The notes beneath the pieces are model-generated. The model saw nothing but the letters and a program-made list of their open reading frames with translations, was not told the DNA's origin and did no database searches. The position numbers and the translations under genes were made by a program. From assembly GCA_035517635.1 (NCBI GenBank), contig DATIYL010000013.1, forward strand, positions 10,224-74,223: a stretch of 64,000 nt of DNA. Reading direction: 5' to 3'. The stretch is from Stellaceae bacterium (GTDB lineage: Bacteria > Pseudomonadota > Alphaproteobacteria > ATCC43930 > CGMCC-115725). The first letter of the stretch is position 1; the number at the start of each line of letters is the position of its first letter. Shown one piece after another: positions 51,188-61,585 of this stretch.

Positions 51188-52804
51188 CTAAGCCAGCGCG
51201 AAGCCTTCATAGTTCTTTGCCGCGATCTCGATGCATTTTTTCCGGTACCCGCCGACGCCTGCGGGCCCGAGATAGGGCAGGAAGGCGCGCGGCTTGCCGG
51301 CAATGTTGGCGCCCATGTACCAGGAGTTGGCGCGGGTCATCAGCGTCGCGCCGACGACCTCGTTGACATGGCTGACCCATTGATCCTGCGCTTCCGGCTT
51401 GGCCTCGATCGTCGTCATCCCGGCCTCGCGCATGTCGGCGATGCAGTCCGCGATCCACTCCACATGCTGTTCGATGGCGACGGGCATGTTGGTCAGGACG
51501 GACGGGCTCTGCGGCCCGGTGATCGTGAAGAAGTTCGGAAAGCCGGCAACCGAGATGCCGAGATAGCTGCGCGGCCCCTCGGCCCATTCCGCGCCCAGCG
51601 CACGCCCGCCGCGGCCTTTGAGGTTCAACGCCTTCAGCGGACCGGTCATGGCATCGAAGCCGGTGGCGAAGACGATGATGTCGAACTCGTATTCCTTGCC
51701 GCCGGCGCGGATGCCCTTTTCGGTGATCTCCTCGATGCCGCCGTCGGTCTTGGCATCGACCAGCAGGACGTTCTGCTTGTTGAAGGTCTCGTAATAGTTC
51801 GTGTCGAGCGGCTGGCGCTTGGTGCCGTAGGGATGGCCCTTCGGGATCAGCTTCTCGGCGATCGCCGGGTCCTTCACCGTGCTGCGGATCTTGCGCCGGA
51901 TGTAGTCGGCGCAGAGGTCGTTGGCCTCCTCGCTGAAGAACATGTCCTGGTAGTTGGCGAGCCAGAACGCGAAGCCGCCGGCGTCCCACATCCGGTCGAA
52001 CTCGCGCTCGCGCTCGGCGGCCGTGACATTGAGAGCCGATTGCGGGATGAAGTAATGCTCCTGGCCGAAGAACGAGTCGCGGATGCGCTGGACGATGCCT
52101 TCGTAATCCGATTTTCGCGACCGGACGAGGTCCGGGTCGACCTTGCCGTTGCGGGCCGGAACGCAATAGTTGGCGGTGCGCTGAAAGACGGTGAGGTGCT
52201 TTGCCTGCTGGGCGATTTCCGGAATGGCCTGCACGGCGGTGGCGCCGGTGCCGACGACGGCGACGCGCTTCCCGGTGAAGTCGACGCCCTCCTTTGGAAA
52301 GCGGCTGGTGTGGTACCATTTGCCCTTGAACCGCTCCAAGCCCTTGAACGGCGGCATGTTGGTTTCCGACAGGCTGCCGACGGCGGCGATCAGGTACTGC
52401 GCCGTGACCTCGTCGCCCTTGTCCGTGCGCACCCGCCATAGATTGGCTTTCTCGTCGAACTCGCCGCCGACGACGCGCGTGTTGAACTGGATGTCGCGCT
52501 TCAAGTCGTGGCGCGCCGCGACATGCTCGAGATACCTCAGAATCTCGGGCTGCTCCGGATAGCGCTCGGACCATTCCCAGTCCTGCAACAGCTGCTTGTC
52601 CCAGGTGTAGCAGTAGATGTAGGAGTCGGAATCGCAGCGGGCGCCGGGATAGCGGTTCCAGTACCAGGTGCCGCCCACCGTATCGCCCGCCTCATAGACC
52701 CGGACGTTGAGGCCGAGCTGATCGCGCAGCGCCTTCAGCATGTAAAGGCCGGAAAAGCCAGCGCCAATCACGACGGCGTCAAAGCTCTGAGTTGAATCAG
52801 GCAT
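51188..52804 (-). CDS. Baeyer-Villiger (type I flavin) monooxygenase
   Basis: VVIGAGFSGLY, GGTWYWNRYPGARCD, fingerprint FKGKWYHTSRFP, second fold VVGTGATAVQ. SD GGGGAGGAA precedes ATG 52804. Confidence 0.85.
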   Translation of the reverse strand: MPDSTQSFDAVVIGAGFSGLYMLKALRDQLGLNVRVYEAGDTVGGTWYWNRYPGARCDSDSYIYCYTWDKQLLQDWEWSERYPEQPEILRYLEHVAARHDLKRDIQFNTRVVGGEFDEKANLWRVRTDKGDEVTAQYLIAAVGSLSETNMPPFKGLERFKGKWYHTSRFPKEGVDFTGKRVAVVGTGATAVQAIPEIAQQAKHLTVFQRTANYCVPARNGKVDPDLVRSRKSDYEGIVQRIRDSFFGQEHYFIPQSALNVTAAEREREFDRMWDAGGFAFWLANYQDMFFSEEANDLCADYIRRKIRSTVKDPAIAEKLIPKGHPYGTKRQPLDTNYYETFNKQNVLLVDAKTDGGIEEITEKGIRAGGKEYEFDIIVFATGFDAMTGPLKALNLKGRGGRALGAEWAEGPRSYLGISVAGFPNFFTITGPQSPSVLTNMPVAIEQHVEWIADCIADMREAGMTTIEAKPEAQDQWVSHVNEVVGATLMTRANSWYMGANIAGKPRAFLPYLGPAGVGGYRKKCIEIAAKNYEGFALA

Positions 52805-53018
52805 CGTCGTTCCTCCCCGACAGGCTACTTTGTGGCTTCGCCGATGGAGCGATGCTCCGCGGCGGCCTTCAATGATCCACGGTAGGGGTTTGCCGCCGCA
52901 ACCAACTTTTTCGGGCAAGCGAAACGCGCCGAATTGTGCGGAACGCGATAGCGTTCAGAAGCGCGGGCCGCCGTCCTCGTGGCGGCCCGCTCCTCCGGCT
53001 GAGCGCGCCAAGGGCTCG

Positions 53019-56000
53019 CTACTCCGCGGCCCGTTCCGCCCCTGCCGCCGCACGCCGCCGCGCCACGAGGCCGCGGATCACGACGTAGAAGACCGGTGTG
53101 AAGATGAGGCCGAAGAAAGTGACGCCGATCATGCCGAAGAACACGGCGGTGCCGAGCGACTGACGCATCTCGGCGCCGGCGCCCGTCGCGATCGCGAGCG
53201 GCAGCACGCCCAGAATGAAGGCGAAGGACGTCATCATGATCGGCCGCAGGCGCGTGCGCGCCGCCTGCACGGCGGCGGCGAACCGGTCCGCGCCTTGTTC
53301 CTCGGCCTGACGGGCGAATTCGACGATGAGGATCGCGTTCTTGGCGGCAAGGCCGATCAGCACGACGAACCCGACTTGCGCCAGGATATTGATCTCGATG
53401 CCGCGCGCGAGCAGCCCCGCCATGGCGGCGAAGAGACACATCGGCACAATGAGCACGATGGTGAGCGGCAGCGCCCAGCTCTCGTATTGCGCGGCGAGCA
53501 CGAGGAAGACGAAGACGACCGAGGCGCCGAACACCAGCGAGCCGGTGCCGCCCGCCAGCTTTTGCTGATAGGCGAGCTCGGTCCATTCGAAGCTGAAGCC
53601 TTGGGGCAAGTGCTCCGCTGCGAGCTTCTCCATCGCCGCAAGCGCCGTGCCGGTCGCGACCCCGGGCGCCGCCGTTCCCTGGATTTCGGCGGCGTAATAG
53701 AGATTGTAGCGCGGCACGCGATAGGGACCGGTGATGTTGCGGAAGCTCGCCACCGAGCCGATCGGCACCATCTGTCCGGCGTTGTTGCGCGTCTTGTAGT
53801 TGGCGATCTCCTGCAGGCTCTGCCGGAAGCGTCCATCGGCCTGCGCCGTGACGTGGTAGGTGCGGCCGAGATAGTTGAAGTCATTGACGTAGGTCGAGCC
53901 GAGATAGGTCTCGAAGGTATCGAACACGTTCTGCGCCGGCACACCGAGCATCTCGGCACGCACCCGGTCGATATCGGCATAGAGCTTGGGCGTGCCGGTG
54001 TTGAACAGCGAGAACACGCCGACGAGGCCGGGCGTACGGTTGGCCGCCGCCACCATCTCCTGCGTCGCGGCGTCGAGCGCGCGCAGGCCGCGGCCGCGCC
54101 TGTCCTCGATCATCATCTTGAAGCCGCCGGAATTGCCAATGCCCTGCACCGGCGGCGGCGGGATCGTTATGATGAAGGCGTCCTGGATGACCGCGAGGCG
54201 GCGACGCAGATCGGCCAGGATGTGATTGGCGGAGAGCCCCTTGGCGACGCGCTCGTCGAAGGGCGCGAGCGGCGTGAAGATCGTGCCGGCGTTGGGGGCG
54301 TTGGTGAAGGTGGCGCCATCGAGCCCGGCGAAGGGAACGGCGTGAGCGATGCCCGGCGTCTCGAGCATGATCTTGGTCGCCCGGCGGACGACCGCATCGG
54401 TGCGCTCGAGCGAGGCGCCGGGCGGCAGCTGGATGACGTTGATGAGGTAGCCCTGATCCGCCTCGGGGATGAAGCCCCCCGGCGCGCGCGTGAACTCGAA
54501 GGCGGTCAGCGCGATGAGGCCGGCATAGACGATCAACATGAGGGCCGCGACACGCACGAGGCGCCCGGTGAGCCGGCCATAGCCCGAGGCGAAGCGGTCG
54601 AAGCCGAGATTGAAGAGGTGGAAGAAGCGGCGCGGCAGCCGCGCGACGAGCGACCCCTTGGCCTCGCCCTCCGCCGCGTGCGGCTGGAACAGCAAGGCGC
54701 AGAGCGCCGGGCTGAGCGTCAACGATACGAAGGCCGAGATCACCGTGGCGGTGGCGATGGTGACGGCGAATTGCCGGAAGAACTGGCCGGAAATGCCCGA
54801 GACGAAGGCCGAAGGGATGAACACCGCCGCAAGCACGAGCGCGATGGCGATGAGCGCCGTGCCCACCTCGTCCATGGTATGGTGCGCCGCTTCCTTGGGC
54901 GTCATGCCCTGCCGGATGTTGCGCTCGACGTTCTCGACGACGACGATCGCGTCGTCGACGACGATGCCGACCGCCAGCACCAGGCCGAACAGCGTGAGGT
55001 CATTGATGGAGTAGCCTATCGCCGCCAGCACGATGAACGTGCCGATGAGCGACACCGGGATGGCGACGATCGGGATGATCGAAGCGCGCCAGGTCTGAAG
55101 GAAGAGAATGACGACGGCGATGACGAGCGCCAGCGCCTCGAAGATCGTCTTGATCAGCTCGCGTACGGATTCGGCGATGAATTCGGTCGTGTTGTAGACG
55201 ACGTCGTAGCGCAACCCCTGGGGAAAATCGGCCGAAAGCTCTTTCATCTTGGCGAGGACCGCCTTCGCCGTCGCCAGCGCGTTCGATCCCGGCCGCTGAT
55301 AGATGAGGATCGGCACTGCCGGCCGCTCGTCGAGATAGCCGTTGGCGTTGTAGTCGAGCGCGCCCAATTCGACGCGCGCGATGTCACGGACCCGCGTCAG
55401 CCTGCCATCGGGATCCGACTTGACGATGACGGCGCCGAATTGCTCGGGATCGATCAACCGCCCGAGGGTTTCGACATTGAGCTCGAAGGCGCCGGGCTTC
55501 GGCACTGGCGGCTCGTTGACCACCCCCGAGGCGACCTGCACGTTCTGCGCGCGGAGCGCCGACACCACTTCTTCGACCGTCAGGTTTCGCGCCGCGATCT
55601 CGTCGGGATTGAGCCAGATCCGCATCGAATAGTTGCGGGCGCCGAAGACCTGCACATCGCCGACACCGCCGAGCCGGGCCAAGGGATCGACGACTTGCAG
55701 TGTCGCGTAGTTGGACATGTAGAGCTGGTCGCGCGAGCCATCGGGCGAGCTCAGATGGATGACCATCAGCAGGTTCGGCGAATTCTTGCGCACGGTGACG
55801 CCGATGCGCTGGACCTCGTCGGGGAGCTGCGGCTGGGCGACGGCGAGACGGTTCTGCACCAGCACCTGCGAGGTATCGAGATCGGTGCCGAGCGCGAAGG
55901 TGACGGTGATCTGCAGATTGCCGTCCGAGGTCGCCTGCGACACCATGTAGAGCATGTTGTCGACGCCGTTCAGCTGTTCCTCGATCGGCGTTGCCACCGT

Positions 56001-56183
56001 TTCGGCGATCACCTCGGCCGAGGCGCCGGGATAGCTGGTGGTGATGACCACCGTCGGCGGCGCGATGTCGGGATATTCCGCGACCGGCAGCGTGTAATAG
56101 GCGAAGCCGCCGATGAGCACGAGAAAGATCGAGAGCACCGCCGCGAAGATCGGCCGGTCGACGAAGAAATGCGTGAACCCCAT
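53019..56183 (-). CDS. RND multidrug efflux pump (AcrB/HAE1 family)
   Basis: 1054 aa. MGFTHFFVDRPIFA N-terminus, 12 TM segments and two large periplasmic loops. Confidence 0.9.
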   Translation of the reverse strand: MGFTHFFVDRPIFAAVLSIFLVLIGGFAYYTLPVAEYPDIAPPTVVITTSYPGASAEVIAETVATPIEEQLNGVDNMLYMVSQATSDGNLQITVTFALGTDLDTSQVLVQNRLAVAQPQLPDEVQRIGVTVRKNSPNLLMVIHLSSPDGSRDQLYMSNYATLQVVDPLARLGGVGDVQVFGARNYSMRIWLNPDEIAARNLTVEEVVSALRAQNVQVASGVVNEPPVPKPGAFELNVETLGRLIDPEQFGAVIVKSDPDGRLTRVRDIARVELGALDYNANGYLDERPAVPILIYQRPGSNALATAKAVLAKMKELSADFPQGLRYDVVYNTTEFIAESVRELIKTIFEALALVIAVVILFLQTWRASIIPIVAIPVSLIGTFIVLAAIGYSINDLTLFGLVLAVGIVVDDAIVVVENVERNIRQGMTPKEAAHHTMDEVGTALIAIALVLAAVFIPSAFVSGISGQFFRQFAVTIATATVISAFVSLTLSPALCALLFQPHAAEGEAKGSLVARLPRRFFHLFNLGFDRFASGYGRLTGRLVRVAALMLIVYAGLIALTAFEFTRAPGGFIPEADQGYLINVIQLPPGASLERTDAVVRRATKIMLETPGIAHAVPFAGLDGATFTNAPNAGTIFTPLAPFDERVAKGLSANHILADLRRRLAVIQDAFIITIPPPPVQGIGNSGGFKMMIEDRRGRGLRALDAATQEMVAAANRTPGLVGVFSLFNTGTPKLYADIDRVRAEMLGVPAQNVFDTFETYLGSTYVNDFNYLGRTYHVTAQADGRFRQSLQEIANYKTRNNAGQMVPIGSVASFRNITGPYRVPRYNLYYAAEIQGTAAPGVATGTALAAMEKLAAEHLPQGFSFEWTELAYQQKLAGGTGSLVFGASVVFVFLVLAAQYESWALPLTIVLIVPMCLFAAMAGLLARGIEINILAQVGFVVLIGLAAKNAILIVEFARQAEEQGADRFAAAVQAARTRLRPIMMTSFAFILGVLPLAIATGAGAEMRQSLGTAVFFGMIGVTFFGLIFTPVFYVVIRGLVARRRAAAGAERAAE

Positions 56184-56202
56184 GAGCCCCCCGGACCGCG
56201 CG

Positions 56203-57447
56203 CTACTGGTGGGGCGGCGGCTCGACGGCGCCGTCCTGGGCCGCGACCTTGACGCCGGGACGGATGCGCATCAGCCCGTTGATCACGACGCGGTCGCTGG
56301 GAGCGATGCCGCTGCGGATCACGCGGAGGCTGCCCTCAAGCGGCCCAAGCTCGACCACATGCGGGTCGACCGAACCATCGTCGCGCACCACCATCAGCAG
56401 CTTGCGCGACTGGTCCGAAAGCACGGCGCTGTCCGGGACGAGCAGTGCCTGGTGCGGCGGCGACGCGGGTATGCGCACGCGTCCGAATTCGCCGGCCACG
56501 ATCGTGGCCGAGGGGTTGGGAAAGACCGCGCGCACCCTGAGCGTGCCGGAGCCGCGATCGACCTCGTTCTCGACGAAATTGAGCTGCCCCTTCAGCGTCC
56601 AGTCGGTTTCGTTCAGCCGGTGCGCCTCGATCGGCGGCGGCTCGCCATCACCCGCGCGGGTGCGGTCTTCGGCGGCGACGCGCTGAAAATTGAGCAGATC
56701 CGCTTCGCTGATGTCGAAGTAGAAGTAGATGGGATCGGTCGTCACGATCGTCGTCAGCAGCGTCGCGGTTCCGCTCGTACCGCCGAAGACGAGATTGCCG
56801 ATACTGACGAGATGGCGGCTCACATGCCCGTCCATCGGTGCGCTGACATGGGCGAATTCGAGATCGAGCTCGGCCGAAGCGACGGCTGCACGCGCGGCGT
56901 CGAGCTCGGCGGTCGCCGCGCGCTGGTCCTGGAACCGCTCGTCATAGGTGCTGGCGGAGACAACGTCGCCCTTGCGCAGATTTTCGGCGCGTGCGAGCTG
57001 CTGGTTGGCGAGGTTGAGTTTGGCCTCCGCTTGCGCAACCTGGGCCTTGGCCGAATCAAGCGCGATCTGGAAGGGACGCGGATCGATGACGAAGAGCAGG
57101 TCGCCTTTCCTGACGAACTGGCCGTCCTGGAAATGGATTTCGGTGAGGTAGCCGCTAACCCGGGCGCGCACGTCGACGGATTCGGTGGCCGCGAATTGTC
57201 CGGTGTATTCGTTCCACTCGACGATCTCGCGGCTGACGGGCTTGCTCACCGTCACGACCGGGGGCGCCGCTCCCTGCGCCGAAGCGCTGCGCGGGCCAAA
57301 AGCAAGGCTTGCCGCGGCGAACATGACGAGGGCCGCGACGCCGCGGCGGCGGAGCGCGCGCGATATCACCCTTTCGAGGCAGAATAGGCCGGCGGCCGGA
57401 TCGCCGGCGGAAGCAATGGTCCTGCGCCACCTACGTCGTTCTGGCAT
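56203..57447 (-). CDS. RND periplasmic adaptor (membrane fusion protein)
   Basis: Lipoyl/hairpin pattern VRARVSGYLTEIHFQDGQFVRKGDLLFVID...coiled coil...APMDGHVS. Start uncertain (ATG 57447 or a downstream GTG). Confidence 0.8.
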   Translation of the reverse strand: MPERRRWRRTIASAGDPAAGLFCLERVISRALRRRGVAALVMFAAASLAFGPRSASAQGAAPPVVTVSKPVSREIVEWNEYTGQFAATESVDVRARVSGYLTEIHFQDGQFVRKGDLLFVIDPRPFQIALDSAKAQVAQAEAKLNLANQQLARAENLRKGDVVSASTYDERFQDQRAATAELDAARAAVASAELDLEFAHVSAPMDGHVSRHLVSIGNLVFGGTSGTATLLTTIVTTDPIYFYFDISEADLLNFQRVAAEDRTRAGDGEPPPIEAHRLNETDWTLKGQLNFVENEVDRGSGTLRVRAVFPNPSATIVAGEFGRVRIPASPPHQALLVPDSAVLSDQSRKLLMVVRDDGSVDPHVVELGPLEGSLRVIRSGIAPSDRVVINGLMRIRPGVKVAAQDGAVEPPPHQ

Positions 57448-57573
57448 AGCACCGCCTGATGCGAGAAGGGGAATTCGCACGCTGCCACAAAATCGCCGGA
57501 GGATCGAGGGGCGGAATCAGAGCATCGCCGGGGCGGATCATCCGGGATGGAGCGGCGGGCCGCCGCCTGGGCG

Positions 57574-58809
57574 TCACTTCGGGCGCAGCCAGCCCGAATC
57601 TTCAAGGATCCGAAGCGCGCCGTTCACGACCGTTTTGCCGAACTGATCCTCCCCCTCAGGGGGCTGACTGTTGGTGATGGCGGTGATGACGAGATCGTGC
57701 TGCGGCCAATAGGCGAAGATGGCGCGGAACCCGAGCGTGGTGCCTTGATAGAACCAGAGCGCGCCGCCGGGCTCGGGCGCATACATCCGCGCGAGATTGA
57801 GTCCGAAGCCGGCCGGATTCTCGGCGCTCACCTCGGGGATCGGCAGCCCGGTCTTCTCCGAGACGATGGCGGTCATCTCGTCGAGCTGTTTGCGCGGAAA
57901 GACCCGCAGGGAAAACAGGTCGCGAATCCATCGATCGAGATCGCGCGGGGTCGAGATCATGGCGCCTGCCGCTCCGGCCCAGGACAGGTTTTGCCTGCGC
58001 ATGTCCTGGCCGATGAGCGGCGCCAAAGTCGATAGCGTGCAAGGCGTCGGCTGATAGAGAAGGCAGTCCCGGTTTTCGTAGCGGCCGCGCGGCACGCGCT
58101 GCAGCACCGCGGAGGGATAAGGGCCGTCGGAGTAGAAGGTGTCGCGGAGGCGCAACGGCTCGAGGATGAGAGTCTCGAGCGCGGCCTTGTAGGACATGCC
58201 GGAAGCCGCCTCGATGATGAGGCCGGCGAGGATGTCGTTGGTGTTGGAGTAGAACCAGCCGCTGGGCGATGGCAGGCGTTTTCCTGCATCCGGATCGACC
58301 GCCGCGATCAACCGCTTGGGGGTGAATTGGTGCTTGAGGTCGGCGCCGACGATCGCGCCGATCTCCTCCGTCTCCGTGTAGTTGGGAACAGGGCTGGTCA
58401 TGTTGAGCAGGGATTGGATGCTGATGTCGCGCCAAGCCCGGTATTGCGGGAGCCAGCGACCGACGGTTTGGTGGATGTCGAGCTTGCCCATGGCCTCGAG
58501 CTTCAGAACGAGGGCGGCGGTGAAATGCTTGGTGTTGCTGCCGATCTGGAACAGCGTGTCGGGCCCGATCGGCTTCTCGTCCGCGAGGCCGTCCGTGCCC
58601 GAGAACACGGCAACAATCCGGCGCCGGGTCCCGATATCGGCGCGCAAGGCGGCGCCGGAAATACCCTCTGCCTGGCTCCGCTGCGCCACATAATCATCGA
58701 GCAGATGCTGCAAACGCGCCTTGACCGTCGCGTCGGCGGCGCGCGCCGGGAGGCAAAACGGGCCTACGGCCAAAAAGAAGGCGATGACGCAGGCTGTCGC
58801 TCGGCCCAT
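57574..58809 (-). CDS. Serine hydrolase, class C beta-lactamase/DD-peptidase fold
   Basis: SD GAGGAGG precedes ATG 58809. Signal peptide. SxxK motif IGSNTKHF and YSN. Confidence 0.75.
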   Translation of the reverse strand: MGRATACVIAFFLAVGPFCLPARAADATVKARLQHLLDDYVAQRSQAEGISGAALRADIGTRRRIVAVFSGTDGLADEKPIGPDTLFQIGSNTKHFTAALVLKLEAMGKLDIHQTVGRWLPQYRAWRDISIQSLLNMTSPVPNYTETEEIGAIVGADLKHQFTPKRLIAAVDPDAGKRLPSPSGWFYSNTNDILAGLIIEAASGMSYKAALETLILEPLRLRDTFYSDGPYPSAVLQRVPRGRYENRDCLLYQPTPCTLSTLAPLIGQDMRRQNLSWAGAAGAMISTPRDLDRWIRDLFSLRVFPRKQLDEMTAIVSEKTGLPIPEVSAENPAGFGLNLARMYAPEPGGALWFYQGTTLGFRAIFAYWPQHDLVITAITNSQPPEGEDQFGKTVVNGALRILEDSGWLRPK

Positions 58810-58919
58810 GTTCCACCTCCTCAGCGTCGCCTCGACGCGGCGCATTGAGATGCCTATCTTGAAGCATCTGCGTTCTCAAACGGGCCTATTCCGGTTCGCC
58901 GATCTGGACCCGAACGGCG

Positions 58920-59312
58920 ATGGAGCCTCTCATGCCGTTTATCGATGAGCGTACGATCCCCGAGGTGCTGATGCGCCCCGGTATTCACGGAAAGTTTCTG
59001 GCGCACAAGGATCTGGGCGCGCAGGGAGCGAGCCTGCTCATGAACAGAGCGGCGTCCGGTGCTGCGGTCCCGTTCCATATGCATCAGGTCGAAGAGACCG
59101 TCATCCTGTTCGAAGGACGGATCTGGGTGCAGCTCGGCACAGAGCGCCGCGTCATCGGTCCCCAAGAAACCGTGATCATCCCGCCGCGCATGCCGCATGC
59201 ATGGGGCAATGACGGCCCGGAAGAGGCTCGGATGCTGTGGGTCTATGCCGGTCCCGATCCCTTTGGCGATTCTACCTACTTCGAAGGAGCGCCGCCGAAC
59301 CTGCAGGCGTAG
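58920..59312 (+). CDS. Cupin domain protein
   Basis: HMHQVEETV...PPRMPHAW two-motif cupin pattern. Confidence 0.65.
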   Translation: MEPLMPFIDERTIPEVLMRPGIHGKFLAHKDLGAQGASLLMNRAASGAAVPFHMHQVEETVILFEGRIWVQLGTERRVIGPQETVIIPPRMPHAWGNDGPEEARMLWVYAGPDPFGDSTYFEGAPPNLQA

Positions 59313-59494
59313 CGTCCTGCGCCACCATGCTGGCAAAGGTGAGGAAGTTTGATGGCGTTCGTCTCGGATGCCTTGCCGTGCCTCGCGGCCGGCAATGCCA
59401 AATCGAATTTGGCGATCACCGTCCCGAAAACAATCAATTAGCTAAATCGCCGGTGCACGATCATGTCTCCTCCGGATGCCCGAAGGAGTTTTCG

Positions 59495-59653
59495 ATGACC
59501 GCCGGTCAAATCACCACACCGTTCGCGCTGAAAAATCCGCTCGGCGTGTTGACGCGCCTATGTTTCGTCTCGCTGCTCGCCGCGCCCACGGCGCTGATGC
59601 TCGTGGCGATGAGCCAGATCATTCAAAATCAACGGTTGCGCGATGGCCTGTAA
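59495..59653 (+). CDS. Small single-TM protein (tentative)
   Basis: SD GAAGGAG 6 nt upstream of ATG 59495. 52 aa with one hydrophobic helix. Confidence 0.25.
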   Translation: MTAGQITTPFALKNPLGVLTRLCFVSLLAAPTALMLVAMSQIIQNQRLRDGL

Positions 59654-59736
59654 CGCACGAACGCACGCCCGACGGTCGCAACGCAGGGGCATTGCGACGC
59701 GCCGGGCGCCTTGCCGATCTGAAACGGCTGTCGGCC

Positions 59737-60597
59737 TCAACTTCCTCCGGTTGGCCCCGAGACGCTACCGTTGGGCTGGACGCCAGGCAGCTCGCGGCCG
59801 TTCACCCCGGCCGGCGAATCTTCCGTGGTGGTAAACAATACTTGGCGCGGCAGAATGACCGGCGCCGGTGGTGCGCTGCTGCCGACCAGCATCGTGGTCG
59901 TCATGGCGACCACGCGGTTGCGCGCTTCGCGGACGCCCCTCGCGGTCGGCACCGGCGGCTCGCGATCGCCGACCCAGCGCGTCTCGATGCGACTGGCGGC
60001 GACGCCTTCGGCGACAAGCTGATTGCGCACGGTGTCGGCGCGCCGCTGCGACAGCTTCAGATTGTAGGCCTCCGTGCCAGACAAATCGGCCTTGCCGACG
60101 AGCGCGACTTGCGACGACGGGTCAGCGTTCGCCGACCTCGCGATCGCGCTCACCACGCGACGCCCTTCGGGCGTGAGCGTTGCCTTATCCCAATCGAAGA
60201 AGACACGGTTTTCGCGCTCCGCCGACCGGGTTGCCGGCGGCTGGGTTCCCCCCGCCATGGCCTGCGATGCCTGTGCCGACGCCACCTGAGCCCGGTACGC
60301 GGCCGGATCTTGATAGAGATTGGGACGCGACATCAGCTGCGTGTTCGAATAGATCGCGGGATTGGAAGCGAGGAGCACGCCTCGCATCTGATCACGATCG
60401 ACGACATAGGCCGGACTGTAGGTGGTCGTCTGCTGCACCTGCGGCTCGGGCGCAGCAGCGACCACGGCGCCCGTAGCCTCCGCGGTTGTCGGAGCGACGA
60501 CGCTCGTATTCTCCGCCGGCGGCGGGGAGCTGCTGCATCCCGCGGCTGCGAGCGCAAGCAAGGAGACGGCGGACAGCGTTAGAGGGCCAGCTTTCAT
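59737..60597 (-). CDS. OmpA-family lipoprotein (peptidoglycan-binding)
   Basis: Lipobox LAAAGCSS, Pro/Ala-rich linker. OmpA_C block FFDWDKATLTPEG...GKADLSGTEAYNLKLSQRRADTV. Confidence 0.75.
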   Translation of the reverse strand: MKAGPLTLSAVSLLALAAAGCSSSPPPAENTSVVAPTTAEATGAVVAAAPEPQVQQTTTYSPAYVVDRDQMRGVLLASNPAIYSNTQLMSRPNLYQDPAAYRAQVASAQASQAMAGGTQPPATRSAERENRVFFDWDKATLTPEGRRVVSAIARSANADPSSQVALVGKADLSGTEAYNLKLSQRRADTVRNQLVAEGVAASRIETRWVGDREPPVPTARGVREARNRVVAMTTTMLVGSSAPPAPVILPRQVLFTTTEDSPAGVNGRELPGVQPNGSVSGPTGGS

Positions 60598-61189
60598 CGG
60601 CTAACTCCCATCTGGTCGGCGGACAAAAAAAGCACTGCGCCTCAGTCAACATCGTCGACCGCAAACGATGCATCGAGTGAACACCTGATTGAGCCGCGCT
60701 GATCCCCTGAATCGGTGCGTGCTGCAGTGCGAACAACAACTGCGACAACCCGACGGGCAATTGCTGAGCGATCAGCACGACGCTGTCCCAACGTCGCACG
60801 AGCAATGCACGATCGATGTGATCTCGACGCGAATAAGATCGCGCCGGAGCAACGCACCGAGATAAGTGCAACGCGGATCTGACAGGAGCGGAGCGGCGTG
60901 TCCCGTGCTTCGCACACAAGAATGTGATCCACTCAGTTGGGTCGGACGCCTCGTGCATAACGGGATGCCGACCAATGCCGCTAAGACGCGAGTGACTCGA
61001 TCTGTTCGGAAGAAACAATGGACGGAGTGCTTCGATGCCGGCGTGTCCGATACAAGATCAAGCCCGGACCGAAGCAGCCCGCTTACGTCGCAGAGTCGAG
61101 CTACGTGCTGACGTCTTGCCAGCTCGCGGACGGAAGCTGGAAGCTCGACAGCCAGGCTCGGCCCGACAAATCCCCTTGACGCGTCCGCC

Positions 61190-61585
61190 TCAGCGCTGGG
61201 CGGCCTCGGCGCTCGGCGGCGCAGCCGGTGGGGCGGCCGCGTGCTGCGGCAGCGACGTCAACCCCTCCGCGGCGATGCTCATCATCATGCGCGAGAGCTT
61301 GGCGATCTCATCCGAATATTGATCGGCCAGCTTCGCCGCGAACCGGCGTTGGCAGTCGACCGCTTGTTCGGGGCTGCTGCAGGTGGCGAGCATCGACCAT
61401 ACCGCCATGTCCTCCTGCAGCCGGCTCTGGGTGAATTGGGTGATCTCCTGCGACAACGCGAACATCCCGGCGAGCCAGCGCGCGAACGCATGCTGGTTGC
61501 TTTCGAACAGCGTCGCGTAGAGTGGCGCGCGCGGATCGGCCGCGGGCTTCGATGAGGCCGCCGCGGATCTCGGATCATCTGGCAT
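61190..61585 (-). CDS. Phasin-like protein (tentative)
   Basis: 131-aa helical protein with a Pro/Ala tail. The pattern QRRFAAKLADQYSDEIAKL resembles the Phasin_2 family. Confidence 0.4.
   Translation of the reverse strand: MPDDPRSAAASSKPAADPRAPLYATLFESNQHAFARWLAGMFALSQEITQFTQSRLQEDMAVWSMLATCSSPEQAVDCQRRFAAKLADQYSDEIAKLSRMMMSIAAEGLTSLPQHAAAPPAAPPSAEAAQR

Noticed and set aside
52830-56252. 1140-aa plus-strand ORF
   Set aside because: It is antisense to the RND pump and is highly Arg/Asp/Gly/His-rich with no motifs.
59476-60582. 368-aa plus-strand ORF
   Set aside because: It is antisense to the OmpA-family lipoprotein and is Arg-rich junk.
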